Shown here: positions 34,848 through 45,300 of the stretch, one piece after another | How positions within the stretch are numbered: the stretch's first letter is position 1 | Layout of the letters: each line of letters starts with the position of its first letter | Virus record (IMG/VR): IMGVR_UViG_3300027759_004177 | Location: 186,001-250,000 of that record | Strand: one strand, 5' to 3' | Length of the DNA: 64,000 nt | Notes under the pieces: model-generated | What the model saw: only the letters and a program-made list of their open reading frames with translations | The model's database searches: none | Told to the model about the DNA's origin: nothing | Translations under genes and position numbers: made by a program

Positions 34848-35239
34848 TTGTTGTTAGGGAAACTTCTGGGACGATACTCAGGATGTTTGGTTAGATATTC
34901 TTCTACCTTGTCACGCAGGCTACCTGTCATATAAGGCAAACTAAAATTAATCAAGAACCATAGATCAGTTCCAGGCATGACATGATATTCTTTTAATAGG
35001 TCATTGCGTTCTTTGGCGGTATAACTGATGTTACTGCCCACAGGACTCTGTATGCCTGCTTCGGCAGCTTGTGGTACTGTGTTATGACCGGTGTACATGC
35101 CAGCACCAGCTTCTAGCAAGCCTGTTATCCCAGCAAGACGTTTAATTTCTGCCAGATCGTTTGTATCCATGACAGTATCGGCATCGCCAGACTCACCGGG
35201 TAGTACAAAATCTTCTTGTGTTATACGATACTGTTTCAT
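34844..35239 (-). CDS. Hypothetical protein
   Basis: 131 aa; IKRLAGI motif similar to those in the 30693 and 36459 ORFs. Confidence 0.65.
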   Translation of the reverse strand: MKQYRITQEDFVLPGESGDADTVMDTNDLAEIKRLAGITGLLEAGAGMYTGHNTVPQAAEAGIQSPVGSNISYTAKERNDLLKEYHVMPGTDLWFLINFSLPYMTGSLRDKVEEYLTKHPEYRPRSFPNNN

Positions 35240-35583
35240 TTTAGTTTACGGATAGGACCACGTGCTGTGACTGGACTTTGATGATTGATAACATCTAGTT
35301 CAGAAGAATCTTTGCCGGTGTTGTTTCTACTGGTGTAGCCCATGTTTTTGGCTGCACCTTGTATTATTTCACGCTCAGCGTCGGTATAAGCCACTGTTAC
35401 TAATTCTGGGCCAGTTGGGCCTTCGGTGTCTGTGTCACGATGTGGTTGTGCTGCCATGCTTAGACCAAATCTATAAGCGGCATACGGGTTGTTATTGGTT
35501 TCTGGCCAACTGGCTAGATCAGGGATTGCGTTTATCGCAGCTTTGCGAAACTTACTTTCCTGGACAATTTCGACAATTTTCAT
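35236..35583 (-). CDS. Hypothetical protein (tandem paralogue A), possible internal head protein
   Basis: MKIVEIVQE start; NNNPYAAYRFG; ends GPIRKLK. Confidence 0.7.
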   Translation of the reverse strand: MKIVEIVQESKFRKAAINAIPDLASWPETNNNPYAAYRFGLSMAAQPHRDTDTEGPTGPELVTVAYTDAEREIIQGAAKNMGYTSRNNTGKDSSELDVINHQSPVTARGPIRKLK

Positions 35584-35954
35584 TTTGGTTTACGGATAGG
35601 ACCTTGAGCTTTAACTGGACTCTTGATGTTAATCAAATCTGTTTCAAACGATCCATCACCGGTTTCATTGTTTGGTTTTATACCCAGGTAGTTTTGTGCG
35701 GCACGTATTTTGTCATTGTCAGCGTCACTATAACCAATGGTAGTAAATCTACCGCCAATTGGTCCATACGGTTTCATTGGCAAGTCAGGTGCACCTGCTA
35801 GTGCAAGACCATAACGATAGGCAGCATAAGCATTGTTATTGTTGTCTAGTTCGTCCCAAGTTTTCAAGTTTGGTATAGAACGTCTGGCACTGGGACGTAA
35901 TTTTTCACGACCCGTTTTTACTTGACCTTCTTGAACGATTTCTTTTATTTTCAT
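35580..35954 (-). CDS. Hypothetical protein (tandem paralogue B), possible internal head protein
   Basis: MKIKEIVQE start at 35954; NNNAYAAYRYG; ends GPIRKPK. Confidence 0.7.
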   Translation of the reverse strand: MKIKEIVQEGQVKTGREKLRPSARRSIPNLKTWDELDNNNNAYAAYRYGLALAGAPDLPMKPYGPIGGRFTTIGYSDADNDKIRAAQNYLGIKPNNETGDGSFETDLINIKSPVKAQGPIRKPK

Positions 35955-35955
35955 A

Positions 35956-36459
35956 TTACCAGGCCCTGCATGACCAATAACGTGCCTTGGTGCGTGGGCC
36001 AGGATTGGCGCAGTTGTGTCTGGCACGAAAACTCTTGCGACGCTTGGGATTGGATTTTTTGATTTTCATGGTTTTGTCACCAAAGTTTACTTTGACAACT
36101 TTACCAGTTTTAGGATTTTTTACATACACTTTAGATTTTTTAACATCGCCTGCCATAGGCTTGCCTAGTGCAACTTCACGGCCCTGATACTTGGCTTCGG
36201 GTACATCATCTTCTTCCACTGCTTCTTCTTCTGAGTGAAGGTTGATATGATCGTAGTGTGTGTTGTGATCTCTTGAGTAAGTTTCTAATAGAGAAACCAC
36301 AGAATCTGTGCCGGCGATCACAATGCCGTCTTCCGTAATAGCAATTACTTCAGATTCAATCACTTCAGTTGGGCTCAGCTCAAGATCAAACAAATCGCCT
36401 ACAACTGGGTTGTTGTAGGCGTGTTCTGCATCAGAGACATAGTCCTTGAACGTTTTCAT
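35956..36459 (-). CDS. Hypothetical protein with basic C-terminal domain
   Basis: MKTFKDYV start; EAKYQGREVALGKP...RRKSFRARHNC...KARYWSCRAW. Confidence 0.7.
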   Translation of the reverse strand: MKTFKDYVSDAEHAYNNPVVGDLFDLELSPTEVIESEVIAITEDGIVIAGTDSVVSLLETYSRDHNTHYDHINLHSEEEAVEEDDVPEAKYQGREVALGKPMAGDVKKSKVYVKNPKTGKVVKVNFGDKTMKIKKSNPKRRKSFRARHNCANPGPRTKARYWSCRAW

Positions 36460-38267
36460 TAGCTGACTTTCTTGATACTCTCGTATTCAGCAGCTAGTTG
36501 AGATTCTAATGAAAGTGTTGCTTCGCTTACACGGCTACCTTTGTTGGTAAAAGGGTTTGCGGCCTTGTTAGCAGTAGCAGGATCTTGACTCTTTTCACGA
36601 TTCATGTCGTCACCTTGTGTGGTGATTGTTTTGATACTGGCATACTTGGGACGAGGCTTGTTGACTGCTTCGGGAGCATCAGCAACATCAACCTTAGCTT
36701 CATCAATGTCTTTGGTTTTGATAGCATTGGTGCCAGGAATCTTGTCGCCAATTTTGACATCGTCGTCTGCTAGGCCCGCTGTAAATGCGTTGCCTTCGTT
36801 GGGTTCTTCTGTGATTTCATCTGTGTTAAAAATTTGACCAAATGCATTGAACTTGTCTTTGCCTGACTTCTCTGCAGCAGCATCTTGTTGTTTGATATAT
36901 TCGCCACGACTGACTTCGCTTAGTCCAGCCAATTTGGCCAGTTCATCCAGTTCAGACTCTAATGAATCTTCTTCGTAATAGTTACGACCTTGGCCTTTTA
37001 ACAATGCCGATTTGCCTGGGATTTGACTTGCTGGCAAGTTGCCTGGAATACCCATTGGTGGCTTAGGAGCATCTTTGACATAGGCAAATGGATCAGGGTT
37101 ACTTGGACGTTGTACTGGCTCGGAGCCTTCGTCGGCCATCATTTTGCCATGATAACCTTTGATCTCCATACAGTCACGCAACAATTCACTGCAATGACCT
37201 GTTTCTTTAAATACCTTCATGTCGTTGCTGAGTTCAGCCAACATTTCGTCAACTGTTTGATGTTTTTCTTTTAACAGGTTAGCAAAGTTTACACCTTCGG
37301 TGAGTCTACGTGCTAGATTGTCCATGCTTTCTGCCACTGATTTTTTGGAGTCTTTTTTTGCAACGGTTTTTTCAGCGTCTGGTTTAACACGACCAAATGG
37401 ATCATGACCCATTTTGTTTTTGCTGGAGAATGGCAAACTGTCTTTGCTACTTTTCTCACCGGTGCTGTGTTTGCTTGGACGACCACGACCACGCTTTTCA
37501 CCTGTTTCTTTTTTCTTGGCATGCTTGCGTGGACGACCACGTTTGCCTTTGTTTTCATCTTCTTCGTCATCATCAAGATCATCACTTGGATAACCAGGGA
37601 AGTCAGTTTTACGATGTTTGGTTACACCATCTTTGTGTGTGGTTTCACCTTCGTTGTACTGATCGTGCTGGTCACGAATTGTATCTAATTCTTTTTCGCT
37701 AGCGCCTTCGCGACCAGCTTTGGCCAAGGCTTCCATGCCTTTTTTGCCATACTTCTCGTAGCCTTTGGCTGCACGGCTCATGTCTTCGTTGGTATGATCA
37801 CAACTGCATTTGCTTTCATACATGCCACACTCATTACACTTGCTTTCGTTTGTTGGGCACTCGCATGGCTCACAATCACACTTGGAGCAATGACCTTCTG
37901 CTACGTGTTGTGGCAAACCTTTGTGCTTGGTAGCGGCAAAGTCGCGAGCATCTTTCTTGCCCATTGACTTGGCAACTTTGGCTACAGCCGGACTTGCGGC
38001 CTTTTCACCTTTTTGTGCGGCATGGACCATGCCCATAAATTTTTGTTGAGCTTGGCTAACTGCCTTCTCTTCAATTTTGCTTTTGGCAAACTGTTCAGCT
38101 AGACGTTGTTGTACTGAATCAACTCCGGCAATGATTGATCCTTGTGCCTCAACACTTTCGCGGATTTCTTTTACAAGAGCAAAACGCTTTTCTTCTGCGG
38201 TTGGCTTTAGTGCTTCTAGTTTGCCTAGAATACTGTAGATGTTATCGTGTGAATGATTGTTGCTCAT
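36459..38267 (-). CDS. Large low-complexity protein with AT-hook-like motifs, possible head core/internal protein
   Basis: KRGRPRK and RGRGRPSK, Cys/His cluster, many xE/ExE junctions. Confidence 0.65.
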   Translation of the reverse strand: MSNNHSHDNIYSILGKLEALKPTAEEKRFALVKEIRESVEAQGSIIAGVDSVQQRLAEQFAKSKIEEKAVSQAQQKFMGMVHAAQKGEKAASPAVAKVAKSMGKKDARDFAATKHKGLPQHVAEGHCSKCDCEPCECPTNESKCNECGMYESKCSCDHTNEDMSRAAKGYEKYGKKGMEALAKAGREGASEKELDTIRDQHDQYNEGETTHKDGVTKHRKTDFPGYPSDDLDDDEEDENKGKRGRPRKHAKKKETGEKRGRGRPSKHSTGEKSSKDSLPFSSKNKMGHDPFGRVKPDAEKTVAKKDSKKSVAESMDNLARRLTEGVNFANLLKEKHQTVDEMLAELSNDMKVFKETGHCSELLRDCMEIKGYHGKMMADEGSEPVQRPSNPDPFAYVKDAPKPPMGIPGNLPASQIPGKSALLKGQGRNYYEEDSLESELDELAKLAGLSEVSRGEYIKQQDAAAEKSGKDKFNAFGQIFNTDEITEEPNEGNAFTAGLADDDVKIGDKIPGTNAIKTKDIDEAKVDVADAPEAVNKPRPKYASIKTITTQGDDMNREKSQDPATANKAANPFTNKGSRVSEATLSLESQLAAEYESIKKVS

Positions 38268-38269
38268 GT

Positions 38270-38854
38270 TTACTTTCCTTTTGCCTTGTATACTTTGTTT
38301 TGGTTTGTGCCAACTGGACTGGTGGTGCCAACATTTTCTGCTGTCATTACGCCAGTGGTTTTTTCAGTAGCGGCAAAATCAAATTTGCGACTTTCCAATT
38401 CTTTGATCAAACTACCAATACGAAGTTGTCCGGCTAACTCTTGACCGCCTTCGTCAGCTTTTAACTCTTCTTCATCCAGCAAAGCACCTTCATGATCTTT
38501 GCCACGTGCTTCTGCTTCGTCTGTGTTGACTGCGTCACCTAAGGTACGTACACAGATCCAGTCTGGATTCAATTGAGCACGTTCTTTGATTGTTTGGCGG
38601 ATTGCAGGAACCGTAACAGGGTATGCAACTTTGATGTCAAATGTCCAACACTCGCAAGGACCCCATTGTGGGAATTCACGGTGTTCTTGTATGGGCAAAC
38701 TTTTAACAGCACTGACGCTTTCTAACTGATAAGTTTCCAGTGCATGTTTAATGCGGTCCATTACTTCCCCTTTGGGGTTAATGGTAGCTAGTTTGATACG
38801 AAACTCGTATGGCTTGTTTAATTCGGCGATGTAAGTTTGGAATGGTTTCATCAT
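38270..38854 (-). CDS. Hypothetical virion protein
   Basis: MKPFQTYIAE start; TAAATA 38872-38877 and SD. Confidence 0.7.
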   Translation of the reverse strand: MMKPFQTYIAELNKPYEFRIKLATINPKGEVMDRIKHALETYQLESVSAVKSLPIQEHREFPQWGPCECWTFDIKVAYPVTVPAIRQTIKERAQLNPDWICVRTLGDAVNTDEAEARGKDHEGALLDEEELKADEGGQELAGQLRIGSLIKELESRKFDFAATEKTTGVMTAENVGTTSPVGTNQNKVYKAKGK

Positions 38855-38874
38855 TATAATCCTATATTCAGTAT

Positions 38875-39357
38875 TTATACTTTTTTGTTTAATATTTGTT
38901 TTAGCAATTCGTTGCGATCCAGCACAACTCCTTGCCCGTCTATGGCTGCTTCCACTGGATCTTTGGCATCTTTTTTGATCTGGTGATCCAGCTTGGCTTT
39001 GGCCAACTGTAACTGTACCATTTTTAACTTTTTATCTAGCTTGGCAGTTTTGGCTGTGATAGCGTGTCCCAACATTACACCAGCTGTTTGTAAGATAACA
39101 CCCGAAAAGCGTGGCTCTACATTCATGCCCAGATCTATCAGATCTTCAGCTTTGCTCTGTGCCAACTGTGCCAATTCATCCAGCTCGGTATCACCGGTGT
39201 CTAAATTGTGTACTGTGGGTAGTGCAGCATCAATCTTATCTATAGCAAGATTAACTTCGGTGATTATGTCGCGGTTTTCTTCAATTATCTGCTCGGCTTC
39301 TTCGGCAGTAGCATCCGTGGATGGTAGGTTAAACAGCTCTTCTAATTTTTTAGTCAT
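38875..39357 (-). CDS. Putative terminase small subunit
   Basis: 160-aa helical/coiled-coil protein ending DRNELLKQIL; position beside the gp4-like gene (inference). Confidence 0.45.
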   Translation of the reverse strand: MTKKLEELFNLPSTDATAEEAEQIIEENRDIITEVNLAIDKIDAALPTVHNLDTGDTELDELAQLAQSKAEDLIDLGMNVEPRFSGVILQTAGVMLGHAITAKTAKLDKKLKMVQLQLAKAKLDHQIKKDAKDPVEAAIDGQGVVLDRNELLKQILNKKV

Positions 39358-39365
39358 AGCAATAT

Positions 39366-39800
39366 TTATTTGCTACGGCCTTGGTGGAAAATCATATCTT
39401 CGGTGACAACTCTAAAGGTCATTCCGTGTGCTCGAGCCCAAGCACGAGCAGCCTCCCATTTGGCCATGTTCAATATGGCACTGGCTTGATCACGTATGTT
39501 TTTGGCGCCTTCTAGCGTGGTTTCTTTTTTGGGTTTGACTTCGACCAATTCAGCACGTTGGGCACCGCCAGCATCTTGATAGGTAATCAAAAAGTCTGGA
39601 ACATAAATGGTATTTTTACCTGTCAACGGATTGCGATAGTTGATATGTACTGCCTCGCTAGCCCAGTTGATTATGCTGGGATTGTTGTCGCAAAATTGCA
39701 TAAAAACAAATTCCCAGCTGGATCTATAGGTAGGTGTTTTGTTGCCCACATACTTGGCAGGGTTCTGTATTTGAAATTTGCCTTGCGAGTATTTGCTCAT
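39366..39800 (-). CDS. Head completion nuclease (T4 gp4-like, TnsA fold)
   Basis: NPAKYVG..YRSSWE..CDNNP..WASE..YVPDF..VEVKP..KWEAA..TE. Confidence 0.9.
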   Translation of the reverse strand: MSKYSQGKFQIQNPAKYVGNKTPTYRSSWEFVFMQFCDNNPSIINWASEAVHINYRNPLTGKNTIYVPDFLITYQDAGGAQRAELVEVKPKKETTLEGAKNIRDQASAILNMAKWEAARAWARAHGMTFRVVTEDMIFHQGRSK

Positions 39801-40180
39801 ATCAATACTGTGCGAGAAACCAGGGGATTAGTATTGTTTGTTCGTTTGACGCCAATGGTACTAGTAGGTGCTCGATTGGCGTTTAAGAATGCAGCAAGAT
39901 AGTTGTTGAGTTCACCAGCTGGTAATTTTTGAAACTCGCTCAGCACCATCATTGGATCCAAGTCTTGTGCTTGTGCTGTGTACAACACCACCGCAGCTAA
40001 ATTTTTAGCTGAAGTTTTGTTCTGTGTGCGTTTTTCAAAGAATGCCACGATAGCATCATCGGCTGGGCCTGATGCAAATTCTTTAGAATAGAAATTATTA
40101 AAATATTTTCTAGCGTCATTGACAGCAACCGAAGTGTCTGGTGGTGCTAAATTAGTTGCGGTAGAGATTTGATTGTTCAT
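39797..40180 (-). CDS. Hypothetical protein
   Basis: 127-aa ORF, ATGA-coupled within the structural operon. Confidence 0.7.
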   Translation of the reverse strand: MNNQISTATNLAPPDTSVAVNDARKYFNNFYSKEFASGPADDAIVAFFEKRTQNKTSAKNLAAVVLYTAQAQDLDPMMVLSEFQKLPAGELNNYLAAFLNANRAPTSTIGVKRTNNTNPLVSRTVLI

Positions 40181-41652
40181 ATGAGATTGGTCACACGTTC
40201 AGCCAAAGCGTCGGTGGAGAATGATGCACTAAATTCGTTAGCAATGTCTCTCGCGAAATCACCAAACGCTATTGAAATATCACCGACTACACTTCCAACT
40301 TGGTCCTTGATAAATCCTGATGCTTGATCAATTAATGGCTGTGTTAGCTCAGTCACATAGGATCCAACCTGTTGCATAGCATAGGTGGCTGCCATGTTGG
40401 TCACTGTGGCCAGAGCCGCTTGAGGGTTTTGTATAGCTGACGCAATTAGATTAATAGTGGCTCCGCCATTGGGCCCAAGTCCAGCAGCCAATCCACCAAT
40501 CAGTCCATTGGCCGCGGAGCTTACTACGCCGCCCACGATATTAGACGCTTGTGCTTGTATCTGTTGCTGTATTTGTGCGGCACTGGTAATGCCCTGTGTT
40601 AAACTGCCAAGACTTGGCACACTGAATCCACCGGCATTGACTCCGCCCACACCTGCAGAAATTGATGTGCCAGTACCAAACAATCTTCCAAACACACTGG
40701 GTTGTGCTGATGTTGTACCGGCACCAAAATTTATGGGTGCGGTTGCATCGGTGTATAGTGGACTAATGCCTGCCAGGTCAGTGATTTGATCTGGCGCACG
40801 GTTATATCCACCTTGGCCATTGTCTACCAGGTCTGTTCCGTCTCTTGGAGCAATAGGACTTGGCATCTTGTCATAGTGCAAATCAATAAATCCGCCGGCG
40901 TTGTTGGCAGTGGTATAGCCTGTTAGATATTTTACTGTTTCATACTGTATGGTCATTTCGTGACTTAACAAACTGGTTTCGCCATTCACATGATCACCGT
41001 GTTTGAACGCAGTGATAGTGGGATTGACCAATTGGTATTCACTAAAATTCTTTTGATACAAGCTGTAAATTCTTATAGCTTGTATGTATTGATAGGCCTG
41101 TTGCCCATTTAGGTTGGTACCAACTGTGGGACGTCTTGGACTATAACCCCAATCAAAGCTGGGACGACTGGCATACTTGTGTGGAGTATTATAGGTGGCG
41201 TCAGCATAGTCAGGGTCACGAAAAAAGAAACTGTAGTAGTCATACCAGAAATTTCTTACATTGTCGCTTTGGTCATCGTGGAATGATATTTGCACAGGAT
41301 CATACTTGATGCTATTTTGCACAATGTTTTTACGATTGTAAGCATTGTGTGTTTTGGTGTCGATAGTAAACTTTGGTAGCGTGGCACTTTTGACCAACAT
41401 GCCTAATTCTCTTGCTGGAGCATTGCCACTACCCATGCTTTTGTATTGCAAGGTTTGATCGGAGATATTTGTAATCAATGGATTAAAATCAAATTCCACA
41501 TAAAACAAAAATCCATATTTGGGACTTAGTCGGAAATTGTCGTCGGTGAATATTCTTGCCGCATGGCGGTAGTCATACATTTGCCCGCGAGGATTTGTAA
41601 CTGTATTTGGGTAATTAACTTGAGACGATGATAAATGTTTATTAATGCTCAT
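40177..41652 (-). CDS. Tail-tube-like / baseplate tube initiator protein
   Basis: LVKSATLPKF..YDPVQISFHDD..MTIQYE gp19/gp54-like N-domain, Gly/Ala-rich tail. Confidence 0.6.
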   Translation of the reverse strand: MSINKHLSSSQVNYPNTVTNPRGQMYDYRHAARIFTDDNFRLSPKYGFLFYVEFDFNPLITNISDQTLQYKSMGSGNAPARELGMLVKSATLPKFTIDTKTHNAYNRKNIVQNSIKYDPVQISFHDDQSDNVRNFWYDYYSFFFRDPDYADATYNTPHKYASRPSFDWGYSPRRPTVGTNLNGQQAYQYIQAIRIYSLYQKNFSEYQLVNPTITAFKHGDHVNGETSLLSHEMTIQYETVKYLTGYTTANNAGGFIDLHYDKMPSPIAPRDGTDLVDNGQGGYNRAPDQITDLAGISPLYTDATAPINFGAGTTSAQPSVFGRLFGTGTSISAGVGGVNAGGFSVPSLGSLTQGITSAAQIQQQIQAQASNIVGGVVSSAANGLIGGLAAGLGPNGGATINLIASAIQNPQAALATVTNMAATYAMQQVGSYVTELTQPLIDQASGFIKDQVGSVVGDISIAFGDFARDIANEFSASFSTDALAERVTNLI

Positions 41653-41669
41653 ACTAATATTTATCCAAT

Positions 41670-41698
41670 AAAAAACCCGAGGTTTTTAAGCTCGGGTT
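41670..41698 (-). terminator. Intrinsic terminator after the tail tube gene
   Basis: AACCCGAG-CTTAAAAAC-CTCGGGTT followed by a U-run. Confidence 0.8.
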
Positions 41699-41717
41699 AG
41701 TTGATAAAATTTATCAA

Positions 41718-42329
41718 TTAGTTAACGCTGTCACCTCTTGGGAAAGTAACAGTAGTACCAACACCGCCACCGATTGTTTGTACAGCATTGTCAAAGCGGA
41801 TGTTGACTGCAATTTGCACAGGATCATTACTGTTATAAGCCATGTCGCCATAGTCAACTGAACTTAGGAAACAACCTTCTAGGTCCCACTGCTCAAGAAT
41901 CACCGGAGTTGTTTGACCATTGCCACCGTCTAGGATGTCGAATTCCATACGGAACTTGTAATCAACACCACTTGGTGCAGAGCTTTGTTCCATAAAGTCA
42001 AACTGCTTCTGGATCTGTTCACCAATAAGTTTACTGACTTGACCAGTTGCATCATCACGGAAGTTGATTGTGGTTTCTTGCCACTCTGGCTTGCCTTGCA
42101 AGTATACTTTGCTGTTATAAACATCAATAGTAACAGGTGCAAATGTTACGTTTGGACGCTTGATATCCACTACTTGCTTGGTTAGTTCTGTGGTTGGGTT
42201 AGTTACACCAAGATTATAAAAGCTCGCACGGAAGCGATACTTTAACTTGGGCATCAAAAGACCTTGGCTACTTGCACTTTGGTCATTTGATAGTGGAACT
42301 GTAAATTTGCTTAAACTTGCTACGGCCAT
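41718..42329 (-). CDS. Tail tube protein (gp19-like)
   Basis: PKLKYRFR, RPNVTF, W.ETTINFRDD, GCFL, IRFDNA; directly after sheath; strong SD. Confidence 0.85.
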   Translation of the reverse strand: MAVASLSKFTVPLSNDQSASSQGLLMPKLKYRFRASFYNLGVTNPTTELTKQVVDIKRPNVTFAPVTIDVYNSKVYLQGKPEWQETTINFRDDATGQVSKLIGEQIQKQFDFMEQSSAPSGVDYKFRMEFDILDGGNGQTTPVILEQWDLEGCFLSSVDYGDMAYNSNDPVQIAVNIRFDNAVQTIGGGVGTTVTFPRGDSVN

Positions 42330-42362
42330 GTTATTCTCCTATACTCTTATTTATCTATATTC

Positions 42363-45300
42363 TTAAGTTGACGATGTACCTAGGCTTGCTAATGCACCTG
42401 GGTTATACAACGCGATAGGAATGTAAATAAACTCAACATCACGTGCTGGCTCAATCGCAACATCAACATACAGTTGGTTGTTAGCAATGGTGCTAGAAGT
42501 GTTATTACTGCTATCACATACCACCAAGAAATCGTAAATACCACGTTTGCTCAAAATGTCGTTTAATGCACTTTCAATTTGAGTTGAGATTGACTTACGT
42601 GTGACTTGATCGTTTGGCTCAAACAAGTAACCATTGGATATGGATTTAAATATGGTTCTTAGATAGTTTTCTAAACGAACCACGTTTACACGATTACGTG
42701 CTGTACTTGTACCCGACTTGGTCTCTTGACCCCATACCACAATACCAACTCCTGGTAACTGTGTGATTGGGTTGATGTTCATGGTATACAAACTGTCACG
42801 TAGACCTTGTCCAATTGAGTTGTGAGTCCATGCGCCTGTGTTGGCATCAACATAACCAACATCTTGAATGTTGCTTACTAGACCACGATGTGTTCCAGCT
42901 GGAGCAAACCAAGGATAGCTGACGTTGTCACTGTACAAGAATGTGCGTAACACTGAATAACTTGCAGGAACTGCTACGGTGTTACCAGTCAAGTCGGTTG
43001 TTACACCGCTTGGATAGTAAACAGCCAGGTATGGACTTGCTGTTGCTAGACCATTACCGTCTGTGTTGCTGTTCCAATTATTAATTGCTGTGCTTGTAGC
43101 AGCCAATGTCATTGGTGTGTCGCCAATAACAAAACCTGTGTCGCCACGATCTGAGTTCAATGTTACTAAATTGTCAATCAACTCTGGGTAACCAGGAGCT
43201 ACCAACAAGTTAAATTGATACAGGTCTTCGCGAACTTCTAAATTGCTGTCAATAGCACTAGACATAGCAGCAACAACAATGGCTCGTTGTGCAGCTGTAC
43301 CAGCTTTCATTGATCCATCTGTGTTCAATCCACTGGAGCTAACCCATGCACCAGCTTCTGCTGGCAAACTGGTTGGTAAGCCAATACTGTTAGCACCAAC
43401 ATCTGGGAAACTTACATCATTGTAGTAGTTTGATCTGTACTGTTTGACATTGTAGCCTGAGCGACGTGTGTTAAACAATAGTGCGCCACGCGGATATAAG
43501 CGATAGTCTGGAGCATCTAGATCAAGATAGTTACTGGTTAACAAACTGGTGATTGCTGGCAAATCATCAACGATCGGATCTTTGGTGCCATCTGTGTCCC
43601 AACGTGCATCAGCAAACACAATACCATTGCTGGTTGTTTGATCTGATGTGTTAATAGCAGCCCAGGCTGTGCCTGTGTAGCGATATAGTTTAGGATAATT
43701 AATTAGATCACTAGTATCTAACCACAAATCGCCTGCTACCAATGCACTGGCATCGCTTTGTGTGAGTGGTTCTGTGGCAGTAACAATAACGCCGGCTGGA
43801 TCTGTGTTGCCCAGGTTGTAACCACGACTGTCACTGCTTACGTTTTGATAGCCTTTCCAACCATTGTTGTTGATCATGATGTCAACATCAGCAGCACTAC
43901 TGTAATACCAGTATGTGCCATTGGCTGGAGCAGCATATGGAGCTGAATCGGTTATTTCAAGTTGACTTTCATGTGTCAAATTATTGAACGCAGAAATTAC
44001 AAAAGCGCCGGTCACGGTATTTTGTATATATCCAGACCCTTTTGTAGCTTCTCCATCTGCATCTGCTGCAAATCCAGCAGCAGTCAATGGAGTTCCACTA
44101 ACATCTAACAGTATCAATTGACCACCAGTTTGATGAGTAATTTTAATTGTGCCGTTGCTTTCAAGGCTGGCTGTCACATAAGGAATGTTGGCAGATAAAA
44201 TGTCAGTCACAAATGAAGCAGTTGTTGTGCCTGATAAGGTGATTGTTATAGGTGCACCAACTTCTTCAACGCCAGGTGTGGTGTAGTCAATACTGAAGCT
44301 GTTACCTGCGGTAAATGCTGTAGGAGTTCCTGTAAAGGCAACCGATTCTCCGTTGGGTTCGTAGGCATTACGAGCTCTGTGATTGTAAAATCTTAGACCG
44401 TTGCTGGTGGTATCATTTACACTATAAGTTACAATGGTTTGACCTTCGGCAATGTTTACGCCACCGCCTATAGGATCAAGACCATAAACAGCATTGTCGG
44501 TGTTTAAAAACGCTGGCACATTTAATGCTTGGAAAGTACCTGTGGCTGAACTGTATTTTTTCATTATAGGATTTAGACCAGCGCCGGTAGATCCCAATTT
44601 CCACCAGATACTGCCGGTTGGACGTGGTTGGGAGTCTGTGGTAAACCAACCACCACTGGGAGTTTCAGCATAATCACCGTAGAACAAGTATGGTGCAAAA
44701 TAAGTACCAGGAGTAATTCCCAGTACTGTACTTACGTTCATTGTTCCGCTGGCCACTGTGACTCTGCCGCTAGTGGCAGCACTTGTACAGAATAATGTAA
44801 GTTTACCGCCAACTGCAGCCGCTTTAACACCTGTGATAGCCGCTGTATTAATATCGCTGGCCAAGGTGGTAGATGTTATACCTGTTGCAGTAACGGTGCT
44901 TCCGTTAAGAACCAATGTTTGTCCGATTGTAACGCCCGGGGTAGCAATAGTGCCGGTTACAGCCGGTGTTGACAACTGCCAAGCAGTAGATCCTACTTGT
45001 ACCCAGACATTTGATCCGGGTCCACCAGTTCCTGTAGCAACTGAATCGGTTCCAGTCTTTTTCCATAGACGCAATACATTAGGGTTTGTACCATCGGTGT
45101 CTACTGCTACAATGGCGTAGGTACCAATTGCACCAACAGATTGTTTGGGTTTTGGTACATTGTAAGCAAAAGCATTGTCGTTTTCAACTTGAGTAGAATC
45201 TGTGATCACTAAAGGAGTAACGTGGTCAAAATCGACATCAGTGCGATTCAAACTGTAAATACCCCATTCTGTATTAACTGAGTCTAACCAGTATGTTCCA

